Positions 19,642-29,279 of a stretch of DNA of 64,000 nucleotides are shown in pieces. The notes under the pieces were generated by a model that was given only the letters and a program-made list of their open reading frames with translations, had not been told where the DNA came from and did no database searches. Both the position numbers and the translations under genes were made by a program. Numbering within the stretch: the first letter of the stretch is position 1; every line of letters starts with the position of its first letter. This DNA comes from Calidithermus chliarophilus DSM 9957 (GTDB lineage: Bacteria > Deinococcota > Deinococci > Deinococcales > Thermaceae): NCBI RefSeq assembly GCF_000430045.1, contig NZ_KE387026.1:74844-138843 (forward strand), written 5' to 3'.

Positions 19642-20352
19642 CTACCGCTTGAGCAGCTCGAGCGCCACCCACAGCCCCAGCCGGCGTTCGGTGCTGTCGA
19701 GGTCGCCCAGCATGCCCTGGAGCTGCTCGAGGCGGTAGTAGATGCTCTGCCGCCGCACCCCGAGCCGGCGTGCGGCCTCGGCGATGTTGAACTGCGAGGC
19801 GAGCAGGGCTTCGAGCGTGGAGAGCAGCGTCGAGCGCGGGCGGCTGGGCAGGGAGAGGATGGGCCCGAGCTGGCGCTGGAGGAAGCCCTGGCTGCGGCCG
19901 GTCTCGATCAGGGCGTCGAGAAGGGCCTGGAGCAGGGGCTCCTCGGCCTTGGGGCCGTGGGGGCGCAGGATGCGCTCGTGGGCGGCGCGGGTGAGGTCGG
20001 CGAAGCGCACCTCTGAGCGGAAGGCCAGGATGGGGAACTCGAGCAGCCGCGCGGTCTGCAAGAGCTCGGCGGGCACCTCCTGCATCCACTGGACGAGCTC
20101 GAGGGCCAGCCCGTGCGCCCCGGCCTGGGCCAGCGCGCGCAGGTAGGCGACCTGGGCCTCGGGCGTGGCGCGGGCGAGCTCGAGGCCCGTGCTCAGGATC
20201 AGCTCGCCCCCCGACAAAAAGCGCCAGGCGTCCATGACCTCCGCGACGTGGACCCAGGTGACGATCTGGTCGAGGCGGGAGTGGCCGGAGAGCAGTTCGG
20301 CCCCGGCGAAGGCGGGCAGCTCGAGGATCTGGCGCAGGGTGGGCAGGCTCAT
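19642..20352 (-). CDS. PucR/CdaR-family transcriptional regulator (short form)
   Basis: C-terminal FNIAEAARRLGVRRQSIYYRLEQLQ is a PucR-type HTH; start ATG 20352. Confidence 0.7.
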   Translation of the reverse strand: MSLPTLRQILELPAFAGAELLSGHSRLDQIVTWVHVAEVMDAWRFLSGGELILSTGLELARATPEAQVAYLRALAQAGAHGLALELVQWMQEVPAELLQTARLLEFPILAFRSEVRFADLTRAAHERILRPHGPKAEEPLLQALLDALIETGRSQGFLQRQLGPILSLPSRPRSTLLSTLEALLASQFNIAEAARRLGVRRQSIYYRLEQLQGMLGDLDSTERRLGLWVALELLKR

Positions 20353-20387
20353 GGTCGGGCGACACTCGAGTCTACGGCAAAGGGGGC

Positions 20388-22058
20388 TCAACCCCCCGCC
20401 AGCAGGCGGCGGCTCACCCGCCACAGCAGCTCGGGCAGGTGCTCGAAGGCGTAGGGCGCGTGCAGCCGCTCGGTGAACTGGTGGAAGTCGCGCCCCCAGG
20501 GGCCGATGTTGACGGCGGGAAGGCGCAGGGCACCTGCGAAGTCGAAGCGCCAGACGGGCCCGAAGGCCGGGGTGTTGGCCTGCATGGCCGCCACGCCCTC
20601 GGCGCTGTCGGCGCTGGCGAGGAAGCTCAGGTCGGAGATGCCGGTGAAGAAGGGGCGCACGCTGAAGCCCAGCCCGGTCTCCCGCGCCATGCGCCCGGCC
20701 TCCTCCTCCACCACCCGCCGCAGTAGCCGGTGGGCGGGGTCGGCGGGCTCGAGCGCGGCGATGGGGTAGTGCAGCGAGCCGAAGGCCAGCACCACCGCAG
20801 GGCCGGTCAGGCCGCTGTGGTCCCAGGCCCACTCGCACAGCCGGCGGCTGATCTGGGTGGGGGTCGCGCCGCCCTGGGCGAAGAGCTCGTCGCGGAGGGC
20901 GGCCAGGCGTTCGACGACCCCTTCCCCGCTATGTTCCCGTGCCGCCTGCAGCACCTCGGCGAAGGTGTACACCCCCACCTGCCAGACCGGCCCCGCAGGC
21001 AGCGGGTGGCCCAGGGCGGCGGCCCGCTCGAGCAAGACCCGCTGCCGCCGGGACCACTCCTCGAGCGCCCCCTCCACGGCCTCCTGCACCAGCCGCCGCC
21101 ACAGCTCGAGCACCTCGAGCGGGCTGCGCCGGGCCGAGAGCTGGTTGTAGACGCACCAGGCCCGGCCCGGCGTGGTCACGTCGTAGTGGGTCTTGAGGTC
21201 GAGGTGCTGCAGGCACACCGGGGGCGGGGCCACCTCGCCTTCGGCCTCGTCGGCCAGGTCGGGGTGGGCCTCGAGGCGGTAGGTGATGGCGGCGGCGAGG
21301 TAGGCGGCGCCCAGCCCGTCGAGCGGGTAGGCGGCGTGGGTCTCGCGCCCGATCACCAGCACGCTGGGCAGCAGCTTTCCCACGCTGCCCAGGTAGGCCG
21401 CACGGCCCAAGGTGCCGTCCCCCGCGTCGTTGGTGGCGTCGAGGTTGAGGGCGGCCACCAATTCCAGGCCCCCCTCCGCCAGCTCGCGCAGCCGCGCCGC
21501 CGCCGAGCGCATGCCGTGGGAGCTGTTCTCCTCGTCCGGGGTGGCGACGAGCAGGAGGTTGCCCACGCGCCCGGGGTCCTCGGCGTGCTCGAGCAGCACC
21601 GCCAACCCCGCCGCGATCCCGCTCTTCATGTCGAGCACGCCCCGGCCGGGGAGGAACTCGCCGCCGCTCAGGTCCTCCAGCGCCTTGCGGTCGCTCTCGG
21701 AGCGGGCGTTGGCCGCCAGCCACTCCCGCAGGCGCGGCAGCAGGGCCTCGGGGTCGCAGGCCCAGGGCTCGAGCTCTGTGTAGTTGGCGGTGCTCACCAC
21801 GTCGTAGTGCCCGGCCAGCACCACCGTCCGGGCGCCCGATCCGCGCACCAGGGCGAAGAGGTTGTAGCGCTCGCGAGGGTCGCCCTGGGTGCGCTCGAGC
21901 CAGAGGTCGTGGGGGCTGGCCTGGAAGTAGGGGTGCTTCGCCAGCAGGTCGCGCAGGAAAGGGGCGAAGTCGCGCTCGCCCGGGGTGTCGGTGACGCTGG
22001 GTTGCTGGACCAGGGCCAGGGTGAGGGAACGGGTTCGGTCGTGCCAGCGCGAAGGCAT
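20388..22058 (-). CDS. M20 family metallopeptidase (RocB-like)
   Basis: GHYDVVST, DMKSGIAAG, PDEENSSHG motifs of peptidase M20. Confidence 0.7.
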   Translation of the reverse strand: MPSRWHDRTRSLTLALVQQPSVTDTPGERDFAPFLRDLLAKHPYFQASPHDLWLERTQGDPRERYNLFALVRGSGARTVVLAGHYDVVSTANYTELEPWACDPEALLPRLREWLAANARSESDRKALEDLSGGEFLPGRGVLDMKSGIAAGLAVLLEHAEDPGRVGNLLLVATPDEENSSHGMRSAAARLRELAEGGLELVAALNLDATNDAGDGTLGRAAYLGSVGKLLPSVLVIGRETHAAYPLDGLGAAYLAAAITYRLEAHPDLADEAEGEVAPPPVCLQHLDLKTHYDVTTPGRAWCVYNQLSARRSPLEVLELWRRLVQEAVEGALEEWSRRQRVLLERAAALGHPLPAGPVWQVGVYTFAEVLQAAREHSGEGVVERLAALRDELFAQGGATPTQISRRLCEWAWDHSGLTGPAVVLAFGSLHYPIAALEPADPAHRLLRRVVEEEAGRMARETGLGFSVRPFFTGISDLSFLASADSAEGVAAMQANTPAFGPVWRFDFAGALRLPAVNIGPWGRDFHQFTERLHAPYAFEHLPELLWRVSRRLLAGG

Positions 22059-22086
22059 GGCGCTACGATACCCCGACGCAGGGGCG

Positions 22087-22419
22087 TCAGGGGCCGGCCT
22101 CGAGCCGCACCCTGACCCTCTGCCCCGCCTCGAGGCCCTCCGCCTTGCGAACCCGGTCTTTCAGCGGGAGGACGTACCGGCCGTCCTTAGGCCACAACGA
22201 GGTCTTCCACTCGGTCTTTCCCACGCGGACGTTCACGGGGATCATGCCCCAGCCGTAGGTCAAAAACCGCTCGGCGCCCTTGATGGCCTGGCTCTGCTCC
22301 TGGGGGACGGTGACGAAGTAGAAGGGGGCGGGGCCGCGCCACTCCCAAATCTCGCCGCTGAACTCCAGGCCCACCGGCTCACCCCCTCCCCCCGGCCTCA
22401 CCACGCCTCCTGCCGCCAC
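22087..22419 (-). CDS. DUF1905 domain protein
   Basis: EWRGPAPFYFVTVPQ...YGWGMIPVNVRVGKTEWKTSLWPKDGRYVLPLK matches DUF1905; start uncertain. Confidence 0.55.
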   Translation of the reverse strand: MAAGGVVRPGGGGEPVGLEFSGEIWEWRGPAPFYFVTVPQEQSQAIKGAERFLTYGWGMIPVNVRVGKTEWKTSLWPKDGRYVLPLKDRVRKAEGLEAGQRVRVRLEAGP

Positions 22420-22925
22420 ACGCCCCAGACCAGCTTTTCCTCCTCCTCCTCGCTCATCACGTAGCCCATCGCCTTGAGCGCCAGCTTGATCTGGCCGAAG
22501 TGATAACCCTCGTGCCAGAGCATGTGCTGGAGGAGCAGGAGGGGATGGTCGTAACTGGCGTGCTCGCCTTTCATGGGCTGGCCGCTGTGCAGGCGGTCTT
22601 TCACCGCTTCGCCGACGGCTCTAGCGCTGTGCTTCAGGGCCTCCTCGATGCGGCCGGGGTCGCGCTCGGGCAGCCGCTCCTCCCCCTCCCGGCGGAACAG
22701 CGAGGACAGGCTTCGGGCGAACTCGGGGGCGGTATGGGAGAGCCAGAAGAGCCGGGCCTGGTGGAGGTGGGAGAAGGTGAACGCGACGGAAGGGCTGCCC
22801 TCCATCGGCCGGGCGTCCATCCCGCCCTCCGGCAGCGCGTGGAGCAGGTTGAGCAGGATGGTGTTGCTGCGGTCCCACGAGTCCAGCAGGGCCTCGAGCA
22901 GGCCTGAGTCGGGCGCTTTTACCAT
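22398..22925 (-). CDS. DinB_2 family protein (second paralog)
   Basis: FSHLHQARLFW...LWHEGYHFGQ motifs. Confidence 0.7.
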   Translation of the reverse strand: MVKAPDSGLLEALLDSWDRSNTILLNLLHALPEGGMDARPMEGSPSVAFTFSHLHQARLFWLSHTAPEFARSLSSLFRREGEERLPERDPGRIEEALKHSARAVGEAVKDRLHSGQPMKGEHASYDHPLLLLQHMLWHEGYHFGQIKLALKAMGYVMSEEEEEKLVWGVWRQEAW

Positions 22926-23030
22926 GACGACCCCCTGTTCGCTTACGCAGTAAACGTAACAGGTATTACGATAGCAGCATATCCCGAGCCCCGCAACCCC
23001 TGGCGGCGCAGCGGCTTGGGAAGCTGGAAG

Positions 23031-24275
23031 CTAGCCCTGCTCGAGAATCCAGCGCAGGGTCTTGCTGGCGAGCCTGTCGAAAGCCCGCACGGCGAGCTCG
23101 AGGTGCTCCTCCTTGGTGTCCTCGATCTTGTTGTGGCTGATGCCGTAGAGGGACTGGGTGAACATCATCACGGTGGGGATGCCGGCGCGGGCCACCTCCG
23201 CCGCGTCGTGGAGGGGGCCGCTGGGCAGGCGGTGGGACACGCCCGCCACCTCGCGGATGGCCTCGTCGCAGAACTCGATGAGGGTGGGGTGGAAGGGGAT
23301 GGGCTCGATGTTCCAGATGCGGCTCCACTCCACGGTGCAGTTCTCCTCGCGGGCGAAGCGCTCGCTGGCCTCGCGGGCTTCGCGGTACATCTGGGCCAGC
23401 ACGCCCGCGTCGAGGTCGCGCTGGTCGAGGGTGCACTCGCAGCGCCCCACCACCGCCGTGACGATGCCGGGGAAGGTCTTGACCGAGCCCATCGTGCACA
23501 CCGCGTCGGGGTGCTTCATGGCGATGGGGCGGATCTCGAGGGCCAGCTTGGCCGCCGCCGCCAGCGCGTCGCGCCGCGCGGTCATGGGGGTGGAGCCGGA
23601 GTGGGCCTCCTGGCCGTGGAAGGTGATCTGGTGGCGCTCGACGCCCTTGGTGCCCAGCACCACGCCCAGCGGCAGCCCCAGCCTTTCCAGCACCGGGCCC
23701 TGCTCGATGTGCAGCTCGAGGTAGGCCGCCGCGTTCTGCTGCTCCTTCGCCGCCTCGGGGAAGCGCTCGATGTCCACGCCGCAGCGCCGCAGCGCGTCCT
23801 CCAGCCGCACCCCACCCTTGTCGGTGCGGCCCCGGTCGGCCTCGATGGTGTGGGTGCCGGCGAAGGCCGACGAGCCCAGCAGGCTGCGCCCGAAGCGGGC
23901 CCCCTCCTCGTCGGCCCAGTCCACCAGGCGCACGGTGACGGGGGGCCTGCCGCCGTACTCCGCGGCGATGCGGCGCAGCACCTCGAGGCCCGCCATCACG
24001 TTGAGGCAGCCGTCGAGCCAGCCGCCACCCGGCACGCTGTCGAGGTGCCCGCCCATCAGCAGGGCTTTCTCGCTCTCCCCGCGCAGCGTGACCCAGTTGT
24101 TGCCGGCGGCGTCCTGGTGGAACTCCACCGGCAATCCCTCGAGCTTGGAGCGGAACCACTCGCGGGCCTTGAGCCAGGTGTCGGTCCAGGCCACCCGCTG
24201 GGCCCCGTTCTCGTCGCCGGTGAGCGCGCGGAGTTCCTTGAGTTCGGCGATGGTGCGTTCGGGCTCGAGCATCAC
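23031..24275 (-). CDS. M20 amidase of the allantoate amidohydrolase / N-carbamoyl-amino-acid hydrolase family; probable beta-ureidopropionase (PydC-type)
   Basis: GGHLDSVPGGGWLDGCLNVMAGLEV...; context with dihydropyrimidinase, PreAT and cytosine deaminase. Confidence 0.75.
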   Translation of the reverse strand: MMLEPERTIAELKELRALTGDENGAQRVAWTDTWLKAREWFRSKLEGLPVEFHQDAAGNNWVTLRGESEKALLMGGHLDSVPGGGWLDGCLNVMAGLEVLRRIAAEYGGRPPVTVRLVDWADEEGARFGRSLLGSSAFAGTHTIEADRGRTDKGGVRLEDALRRCGVDIERFPEAAKEQQNAAAYLELHIEQGPVLERLGLPLGVVLGTKGVERHQITFHGQEAHSGSTPMTARRDALAAAAKLALEIRPIAMKHPDAVCTMGSVKTFPGIVTAVVGRCECTLDQRDLDAGVLAQMYREAREASERFAREENCTVEWSRIWNIEPIPFHPTLIEFCDEAIREVAGVSHRLPSGPLHDAAEVARAGIPTVMMFTQSLYGISHNKIEDTKEEHLELAVRAFDRLASKTLRWILEQG

Positions 24276-24285
24276 TCCTCCGAAA

Positions 24286-24320
24286 AAGGGGGGCGAACCT
24301 CGAGGTTCGCCCCTACGTTC
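24286..24320 (-). terminator. Intrinsic terminator-like hairpin (GGGGCGAACCTCGAGGTTCGCCCC + T5) directly upstream of the RBS of the 23031-24275 gene
   Basis: On the minus strand the stem is followed by CCTTTTTCGGAGGAGTGATG, so the hairpin plus T-run abuts the SD. Confidence 0.5.
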
Positions 24321-24360
24321 GCGGTTGGACTAGGGACGATCCTGGGGATCGTCCGCTGGC

Positions 24361-25446
24361 TTACTTGTAGTCGGCGGCCTTCTTGCCGGTGGCCTCTTCC
24401 CAGGGGCCGTAGTCGACGGCCTGGCGGGGCGGGTCCTTGGTGAGGATGCCCTGGTCGCGCAGCAGCTTGACCGAGGCCTGGAAGTCGGCAGGGGCCAGGA
24501 AGCCGGCCCAGCCCTTGGTGGTGGCCCCGGCGTTGTAGAGCTTGGCGATCTCGGCCATCTGCCAGGTCTGGTGGCCCTTGGCGTCGGCGCGGGAGCCCGA
24601 GCCCTTACAGGTGTTGCCGCAGAAGGGCAGCACGTACTTCTCCACCGTCTCGGCCTGGTTCTTCACCGCCCAGTCCCAGCCCTGCAGCGAGGCGCGGATC
24701 AGCCGGGCGGCGACCTGGCGGCCGGTGAGCCCCGAGCCCTTGAAGTTGCGCTCGTTGAGCACGCGCTCGGTGGTGAAGATGAGGTCCTCGAGCAGGTTGA
24801 TGCCCTCGTCGGCGAGCTTGAACACGTCCACCTTGCTCTCGTCGTAGCCCAGCCCCGCGATCTGGTTGACCTCGTTGTAGGTCATGGCCGAGACCAGTTG
24901 CACCTTGTCCGGGAAGACCAGCGAGGGGTCGAAGGGGTAGCTCACCGCCTTGACGTCGGGGTTGGCGGCGCGGGGGTCGAGGGAGGAGGTGAGGCCGCAC
25001 TTGCGGAACAGCGCCACCGCCGGGTACTCGTTGCCCGAGGGCCACACGCCCACGCTCTTGCCCTTGAGGTCCTTGCACAGGTCCTTGATGCCCGTGGACT
25101 TCAGCGCCACCAGCGTGAAGCCCGAGCGCTGGAAGATCTGGGCCAGGTGCACCACGGGGATGCCGCGCTCACGCGCGACGAGCAGGTCGGCGATCCAGGT
25201 GGTGCCGAAGTCGGCGGCGCCCGACTGCACGACCTGGATGGGCGACTGGTCGCCCGCGGGCAACAGGGTCACGTCGAGGCCCTGGGCGCGGAAGAAACCC
25301 CGCTCCTTCGCCACGAAGAAGCCGGCGAACTGCGCCTGGGGGAACCACTTGAGCTGCAGGTTGACCTTGATCAGGTTCTGCTGGGCCGTGCCCAGCGACG
25401 CCGTCGCCATTGCCAGCACTGCCAATACAACCGTCCACTTCCTCAT
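24361..25446 (-). CDS. ABC transporter substrate-binding protein, NMT1/THI5-like (NitT/TauT family)
   Basis: Signal peptide then KWFPQAQFAGFFVAKERGFF. Confidence 0.8.
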   Translation of the reverse strand: MRKWTVVLAVLAMATASLGTAQQNLIKVNLQLKWFPQAQFAGFFVAKERGFFRAQGLDVTLLPAGDQSPIQVVQSGAADFGTTWIADLLVARERGIPVVHLAQIFQRSGFTLVALKSTGIKDLCKDLKGKSVGVWPSGNEYPAVALFRKCGLTSSLDPRAANPDVKAVSYPFDPSLVFPDKVQLVSAMTYNEVNQIAGLGYDESKVDVFKLADEGINLLEDLIFTTERVLNERNFKGSGLTGRQVAARLIRASLQGWDWAVKNQAETVEKYVLPFCGNTCKGSGSRADAKGHQTWQMAEIAKLYNAGATTKGWAGFLAPADFQASVKLLRDQGILTKDPPRQAVDYGPWEEATGKKAADYK

Positions 25447-25524
25447 CCTCTGACCTCCTGCACGAACTGCACGACGATAGTGGCCTCAAAAACCCCGAAA
25501 TAACCTGCTCCTCCGAGATTCACC

Positions 25525-25600
25525 TCCTGGATTGCCGATGGCTTACAGCCGATAGCTTATAGCTAAAAAACCCCTCGCGCTATTGGCTAGCGGCTAGCGG
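25525..25600. repeat. GATAGC/GCTAGCGG hexamer-tract element
   Basis: gccgatggcttacagccgatagcttatagct...ggctagcggctagcgg. Confidence 0.5.
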
Positions 25601-25607
25601 CCACGAG

Positions 25608-26597
25608 CTACTCCCTGAACGAGACGTGCCAGCCGGTGAGCCGGCGCTCGAGCCAGGCCACCAGGCCGTACCAGGCGATGCCGATGACCGAGGCCACGAT
25701 GATGGCCGACCACACGATGTCGAAGCCGAAGCGCCCGGCCTCGATCTGGATGCGGAAGCCCAGCCCCTGCCCGTTGGCACCGAAGAACTCGCCCACGATG
25801 GAGCCGATCATGGCCAGGGTGGTGCCGAGCTTGAGGGCGTTGAAGATGAAGGGCAGGGCGTTGGGGACGCGCAGCCAGCGGTACTGCTGGGCCTCGCCCG
25901 CCGCGTAGGAGCGCATGAGGTCGAGGGAGAGCGGGCTGACCTCGGTGAGGCCGCGGAAGGTGTTGACCACCACCGGGAAGAACACCGTGATGGCGACGAT
26001 GGCGGCCTTGGAGGGCCACTCCAGCCCCATCATCTTCACCAGCACCGGGGCCAGCGCCACGATGGGGATGCTCGAGAAGGCGGTGGCGTAGGGCAAGAAG
26101 CCGCGCTCGAGGAACACGAAGCGGCTCACCAGCAGCGCGGTCGCCACGCCCAGGCCGCAGCCGACGAGGTAGCCGGTGAAGGCCTCGAGCACCACCGTCT
26201 GGTAGGCGTCCTGCAACAGCACGTCGCGCACGGCCCACAGCGTGGCGAAGACCCGCGTGGGCGTGGGGATCAGGCCCGCGGGCACCTGGTACGCCCGCAG
26301 CAGGGCCTCGACCGTCAGGAGCACCAGGGCCAGGGTGAGCCCGGCCGGGATGAAGCCGACGAGCGGGCCGGTGCGGACGGCGGCGAGGAAGTTGGCGACC
26401 CGGGCCACCCCGTAAGCCGCCGCCGCGAAGCCCGCCAGGATCAGCAGCTTCTGGCCCGTCCCCGCGAGGTCGCTGCGGTCCCACCAGCTCCAGATGAACA
26501 GCGCCAGCAGGGCGAAGCCCAGCCCCACCGCCGCGACGCCGAGCCAGGGCAGGGGGCGGGCCGCGGGCGACGGGCGCCCCACCTTCAGCGCTTCCAC
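25608..26597 (-). CDS. ABC transporter permease (NitT/TauT family)
   Basis: BPD_transp_1 topology; GTG start ~26597 chosen (the ORF-track N-terminal extension overlaps the upstream permease). Confidence 0.7.
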   Translation of the reverse strand: MEALKVGRPSPAARPLPWLGVAAVGLGFALLALFIWSWWDRSDLAGTGQKLLILAGFAAAAYGVARVANFLAAVRTGPLVGFIPAGLTLALVLLTVEALLRAYQVPAGLIPTPTRVFATLWAVRDVLLQDAYQTVVLEAFTGYLVGCGLGVATALLVSRFVFLERGFLPYATAFSSIPIVALAPVLVKMMGLEWPSKAAIVAITVFFPVVVNTFRGLTEVSPLSLDLMRSYAAGEAQQYRWLRVPNALPFIFNALKLGTTLAMIGSIVGEFFGANGQGLGFRIQIEAGRFGFDIVWSAIIVASVIGIAWYGLVAWLERRLTGWHVSFRE

Positions 26598-27448
26598 GGC
26601 GTCACCACCTTCTCGAGCCACCCCACCAGCGCCACCAGCAAGATGCCCAGCACCGCCGAGGCGATCATGATGACCCAGGTCGCCACCACGTCGGAGGCGC
26701 GGGAGTTCTCGGCGAGCATCTTGCCGATGCCCTGGAAGCTGATGGTGGAGATCTCGGCCACGATGGCCCCGATCAGGGCGGCGGTCATCGCCACCTTGAA
26801 GGCGGTGAAGAGGTAGGGCAGCGAGGCCGGGAAGCGCAGCTTGAGGTAGGTCTGCCAACTGCTGGCGTTGTAGGTCTTCATCAGGTCGAGGGAGAGCGGG
26901 TCGGGGCTGCGCAGGCCCTTAGCCACGCCGATGGCGATGGGGAAAAAGGCGATGTAGGCCGCGATGATGGCCTTGGGGATCCAGCCCTGCACCCCGTACT
27001 GGCCCAACAGCACCACCAGCATGGGCGCGATGGCGATGATGGGCACGGTCTGCGAGGCCACGATCCACGGCAGCAGCGAGCGCTCGAAGGCCCTCGAGGC
27101 CACGATCCCGATGGCGAAGAAGAACCCCACCACCGCCGCCAGGGCCAGCCCCACCAGGGTCTCGAGCGCCGTCACCGCCGCGTTGCGCGGGATGGCGTTG
27201 GGCGAGCCCAGCGGGAAGAGCAGGTTGGCGAAGCCGGTCCACAGCTGCTGCGGCGAGGGCAGCACGGGGCTGCGCAGTTGGGTGGCGCACTCCAGCGCCG
27301 AGCCGCACGGCAGCGCCGCGCCGCTGTCGAGCGCCCGCTGGGCCACCGGGACGTTGGCGAGGAGCATCAGCGGGTAGTACAGCGCCGCGATGACCAGGGC
27401 CACTGCGAGCATGGGGACGAGGTTGGGCGAGCGCAGGCGGGAGAGCAT
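26585..27448 (-). CDS. ABC transporter permease
   Basis: Multi-TM permease with EAA-like loop. Confidence 0.75.
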   Translation of the reverse strand: MLSRLRSPNLVPMLAVALVIAALYYPLMLLANVPVAQRALDSGAALPCGSALECATQLRSPVLPSPQQLWTGFANLLFPLGSPNAIPRNAAVTALETLVGLALAAVVGFFFAIGIVASRAFERSLLPWIVASQTVPIIAIAPMLVVLLGQYGVQGWIPKAIIAAYIAFFPIAIGVAKGLRSPDPLSLDLMKTYNASSWQTYLKLRFPASLPYLFTAFKVAMTAALIGAIVAEISTISFQGIGKMLAENSRASDVVATWVIMIASAVLGILLVALVGWLEKVVTPWKR

Positions 27449-27454
27449 AGGGCC

Positions 27455-28438
27455 TTATTTCACCCCGCTGGGGATGGCGCTGACGAAGCCGGCGAGCGAG
27501 GCGCTGTCGAGCAGGCCGGCGGCCTGGAGCTGCTGGGCCATCTTCTGCAGCTTGGCGGTGTTGACGTAGCCGAGCCCGTTCTTCTGGGTGTCGGGCGTGA
27601 CCATGATCTTCCTGATCTGCTCGAGGCCCGCGAGCTCGAAGGGGATGTCGAGGTTGGGGTTGTACTTCGCCAGGATCTTCCCGGCCTCCTGCGGGTTGTC
27701 CAGCGCGTAGCGGAAACCCTTGTAGCGGGCCTGGACGAACTTCCTGACCTCGCCCGGGTACTTCTTCAGCACGTCCTCGGTGGTGAAGAGCACGTTCTCC
27801 GGCCAGTCCACGCCGAAGTCCTTGTAGCTGTAGACGTAGTACTTCTCCTTCGCCTGCTTCTGCGCCACCATGACCTCGTTGTAGATCATGGCTGAGGCGA
27901 AGGGGTACTGCTTGGCGAGCCAGCCGCCCAGCGTGGCGGGGTCGCCCTGCTGGTTGACGACCTGCAACTGCTTCTCCCAGCCCTTGCCCACCACGGCCTT
28001 GATGGGCTTGTCGTAGCCGATCCAGGTCGCGAAGGTGCCCTTGATGTCGGCGGGCTTGGCGATGGGCTGCCAGGAGAGGATGCGCATGGCCGACTCCTGG
28101 AAGTCGGCGGCCACGATCACCAGCGGCAGCTTCTGCTTCTGGCGGGCCTCGAGCAGGTTGTAGGGGTAGTCGATGCCCAGCACCAGCTTGCCCGCCTTGG
28201 CCTCGGCCATCACCCGGTCGATGGGCGAGAGCCCGGGGCCGCCCGGCACCACCGTCACGTCCAGGCCCGCCTCCTTGTAGAAGCCCTTGTCCACGGCCAC
28301 GGGGTCGCCGATGGACTCGGCGTGGATGAACCACGACTCGATGATGGTGGCCTTGGTCAGGTTGCCCTGGGCCGTGCCCAAAAGCCCCCCCGCCAGTAGC
28401 CCCGATGCCAGCACCGCGAATGCCGCCGTCTTCCTCAT
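27455..28438 (-). CDS. Second ABC substrate-binding protein, NMT1-like
   Basis: Signal peptide then ESWFIHAESIGDPVAVDKGFYKEAGLDV. Confidence 0.8.
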   Translation of the reverse strand: MRKTAAFAVLASGLLAGGLLGTAQGNLTKATIIESWFIHAESIGDPVAVDKGFYKEAGLDVTVVPGGPGLSPIDRVMAEAKAGKLVLGIDYPYNLLEARQKQKLPLVIVAADFQESAMRILSWQPIAKPADIKGTFATWIGYDKPIKAVVGKGWEKQLQVVNQQGDPATLGGWLAKQYPFASAMIYNEVMVAQKQAKEKYYVYSYKDFGVDWPENVLFTTEDVLKKYPGEVRKFVQARYKGFRYALDNPQEAGKILAKYNPNLDIPFELAGLEQIRKIMVTPDTQKNGLGYVNTAKLQKMAQQLQAAGLLDSASLAGFVSAIPSGVK

Positions 28439-28472
28439 GCCGACCTCCTCCTAAATAAGCCCATAAGCTGCT

Positions 28473-29276
28473 TCAACCCTTCCTGGTCATCTCGAGGTGC
28501 CATCCCACGAAGCGCCGCTCGAGCGCCGTGAGCACCCCCAGCAAGAGCCAGCCCACCACCGTGCAGAACACCGCTGCCAGGAAGACCCGCGCGGTGTTGC
28601 CCACGTAGCGCGAGTCGAGGATCATGAACCCCAAACCCTGAAAAGCCCCGAACAGCTCGCCCACGATGGCCCCGTTCACCGCCGCCATCGCCGCCCCCTT
28701 GAGGCTGGTGAAGATGATGGGCAGCGCGAAGGGCAGCTTCAGGTAGCGCACCCGCTGCACGAAGCTCGCGCTGTAGGAGGTGAGCAGCTCCTCCTTGGTC
28801 GCGTCGGTGGAGACCATCCCCTTGTGCACGAAGTAGACCAGCGCGAAGAAGGCGTACAGCGCCGCGATCGCCACCTTCGAGCCGATGCCGCCCACCCCTA
28901 GCCACACCACCACCAGGCTCGCCAGCGCCACGAAGGGGATGGAGTTGAGCGTGGAGACGGCGCGGAAGATGAAGTCCTCGAGCCACTCCGGCAGCACGAT
29001 CAAGAGCAGCGCGGCCAGGTGCGCGACCAGGGCGCCCAGCAGGAAGCCCAGCACGATCTCCTGCGTGGTGATCCAGGCGTGCGCGAGCACCAGGGCCGGG
29101 GTCTTGAGGAACTCCTCGAGGATGCGCGAGGGCCCGGGCAGGAGGAAGGGCGAGTTGTACAGCCGCGCCCCTACTTCCCACAGGCTCAGGGCCACCACGG
29201 CGAACACCAGCCAGCGCACGCCCTCGTTCTTCCACAGAGGGGGAGCGTTGCGGGGGGGATGTACGACCCTGGCCAT
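28473..29276 (-). CDS. ABC transporter permease (third permease)
   Basis: Multi-TM, 267 aa. Confidence 0.75.
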   Translation of the reverse strand: MARVVHPPRNAPPLWKNEGVRWLVFAVVALSLWEVGARLYNSPFLLPGPSRILEEFLKTPALVLAHAWITTQEIVLGFLLGALVAHLAALLLIVLPEWLEDFIFRAVSTLNSIPFVALASLVVVWLGVGGIGSKVAIAALYAFFALVYFVHKGMVSTDATKEELLTSYSASFVQRVRYLKLPFALPIIFTSLKGAAMAAVNGAIVGELFGAFQGLGFMILDSRYVGNTARVFLAAVFCTVVGWLLLGVLTALERRFVGWHLEMTRKG

Positions 29277-29279
29277 GCC

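Noticed and set aside
22926-23030. Inverted repeat TTACG-cagtaaa-CGTAA upstream of the DinB_2 gene as an operator
   Set aside because: Single short 5-bp arms; no second copy found by eye; too weak to call.
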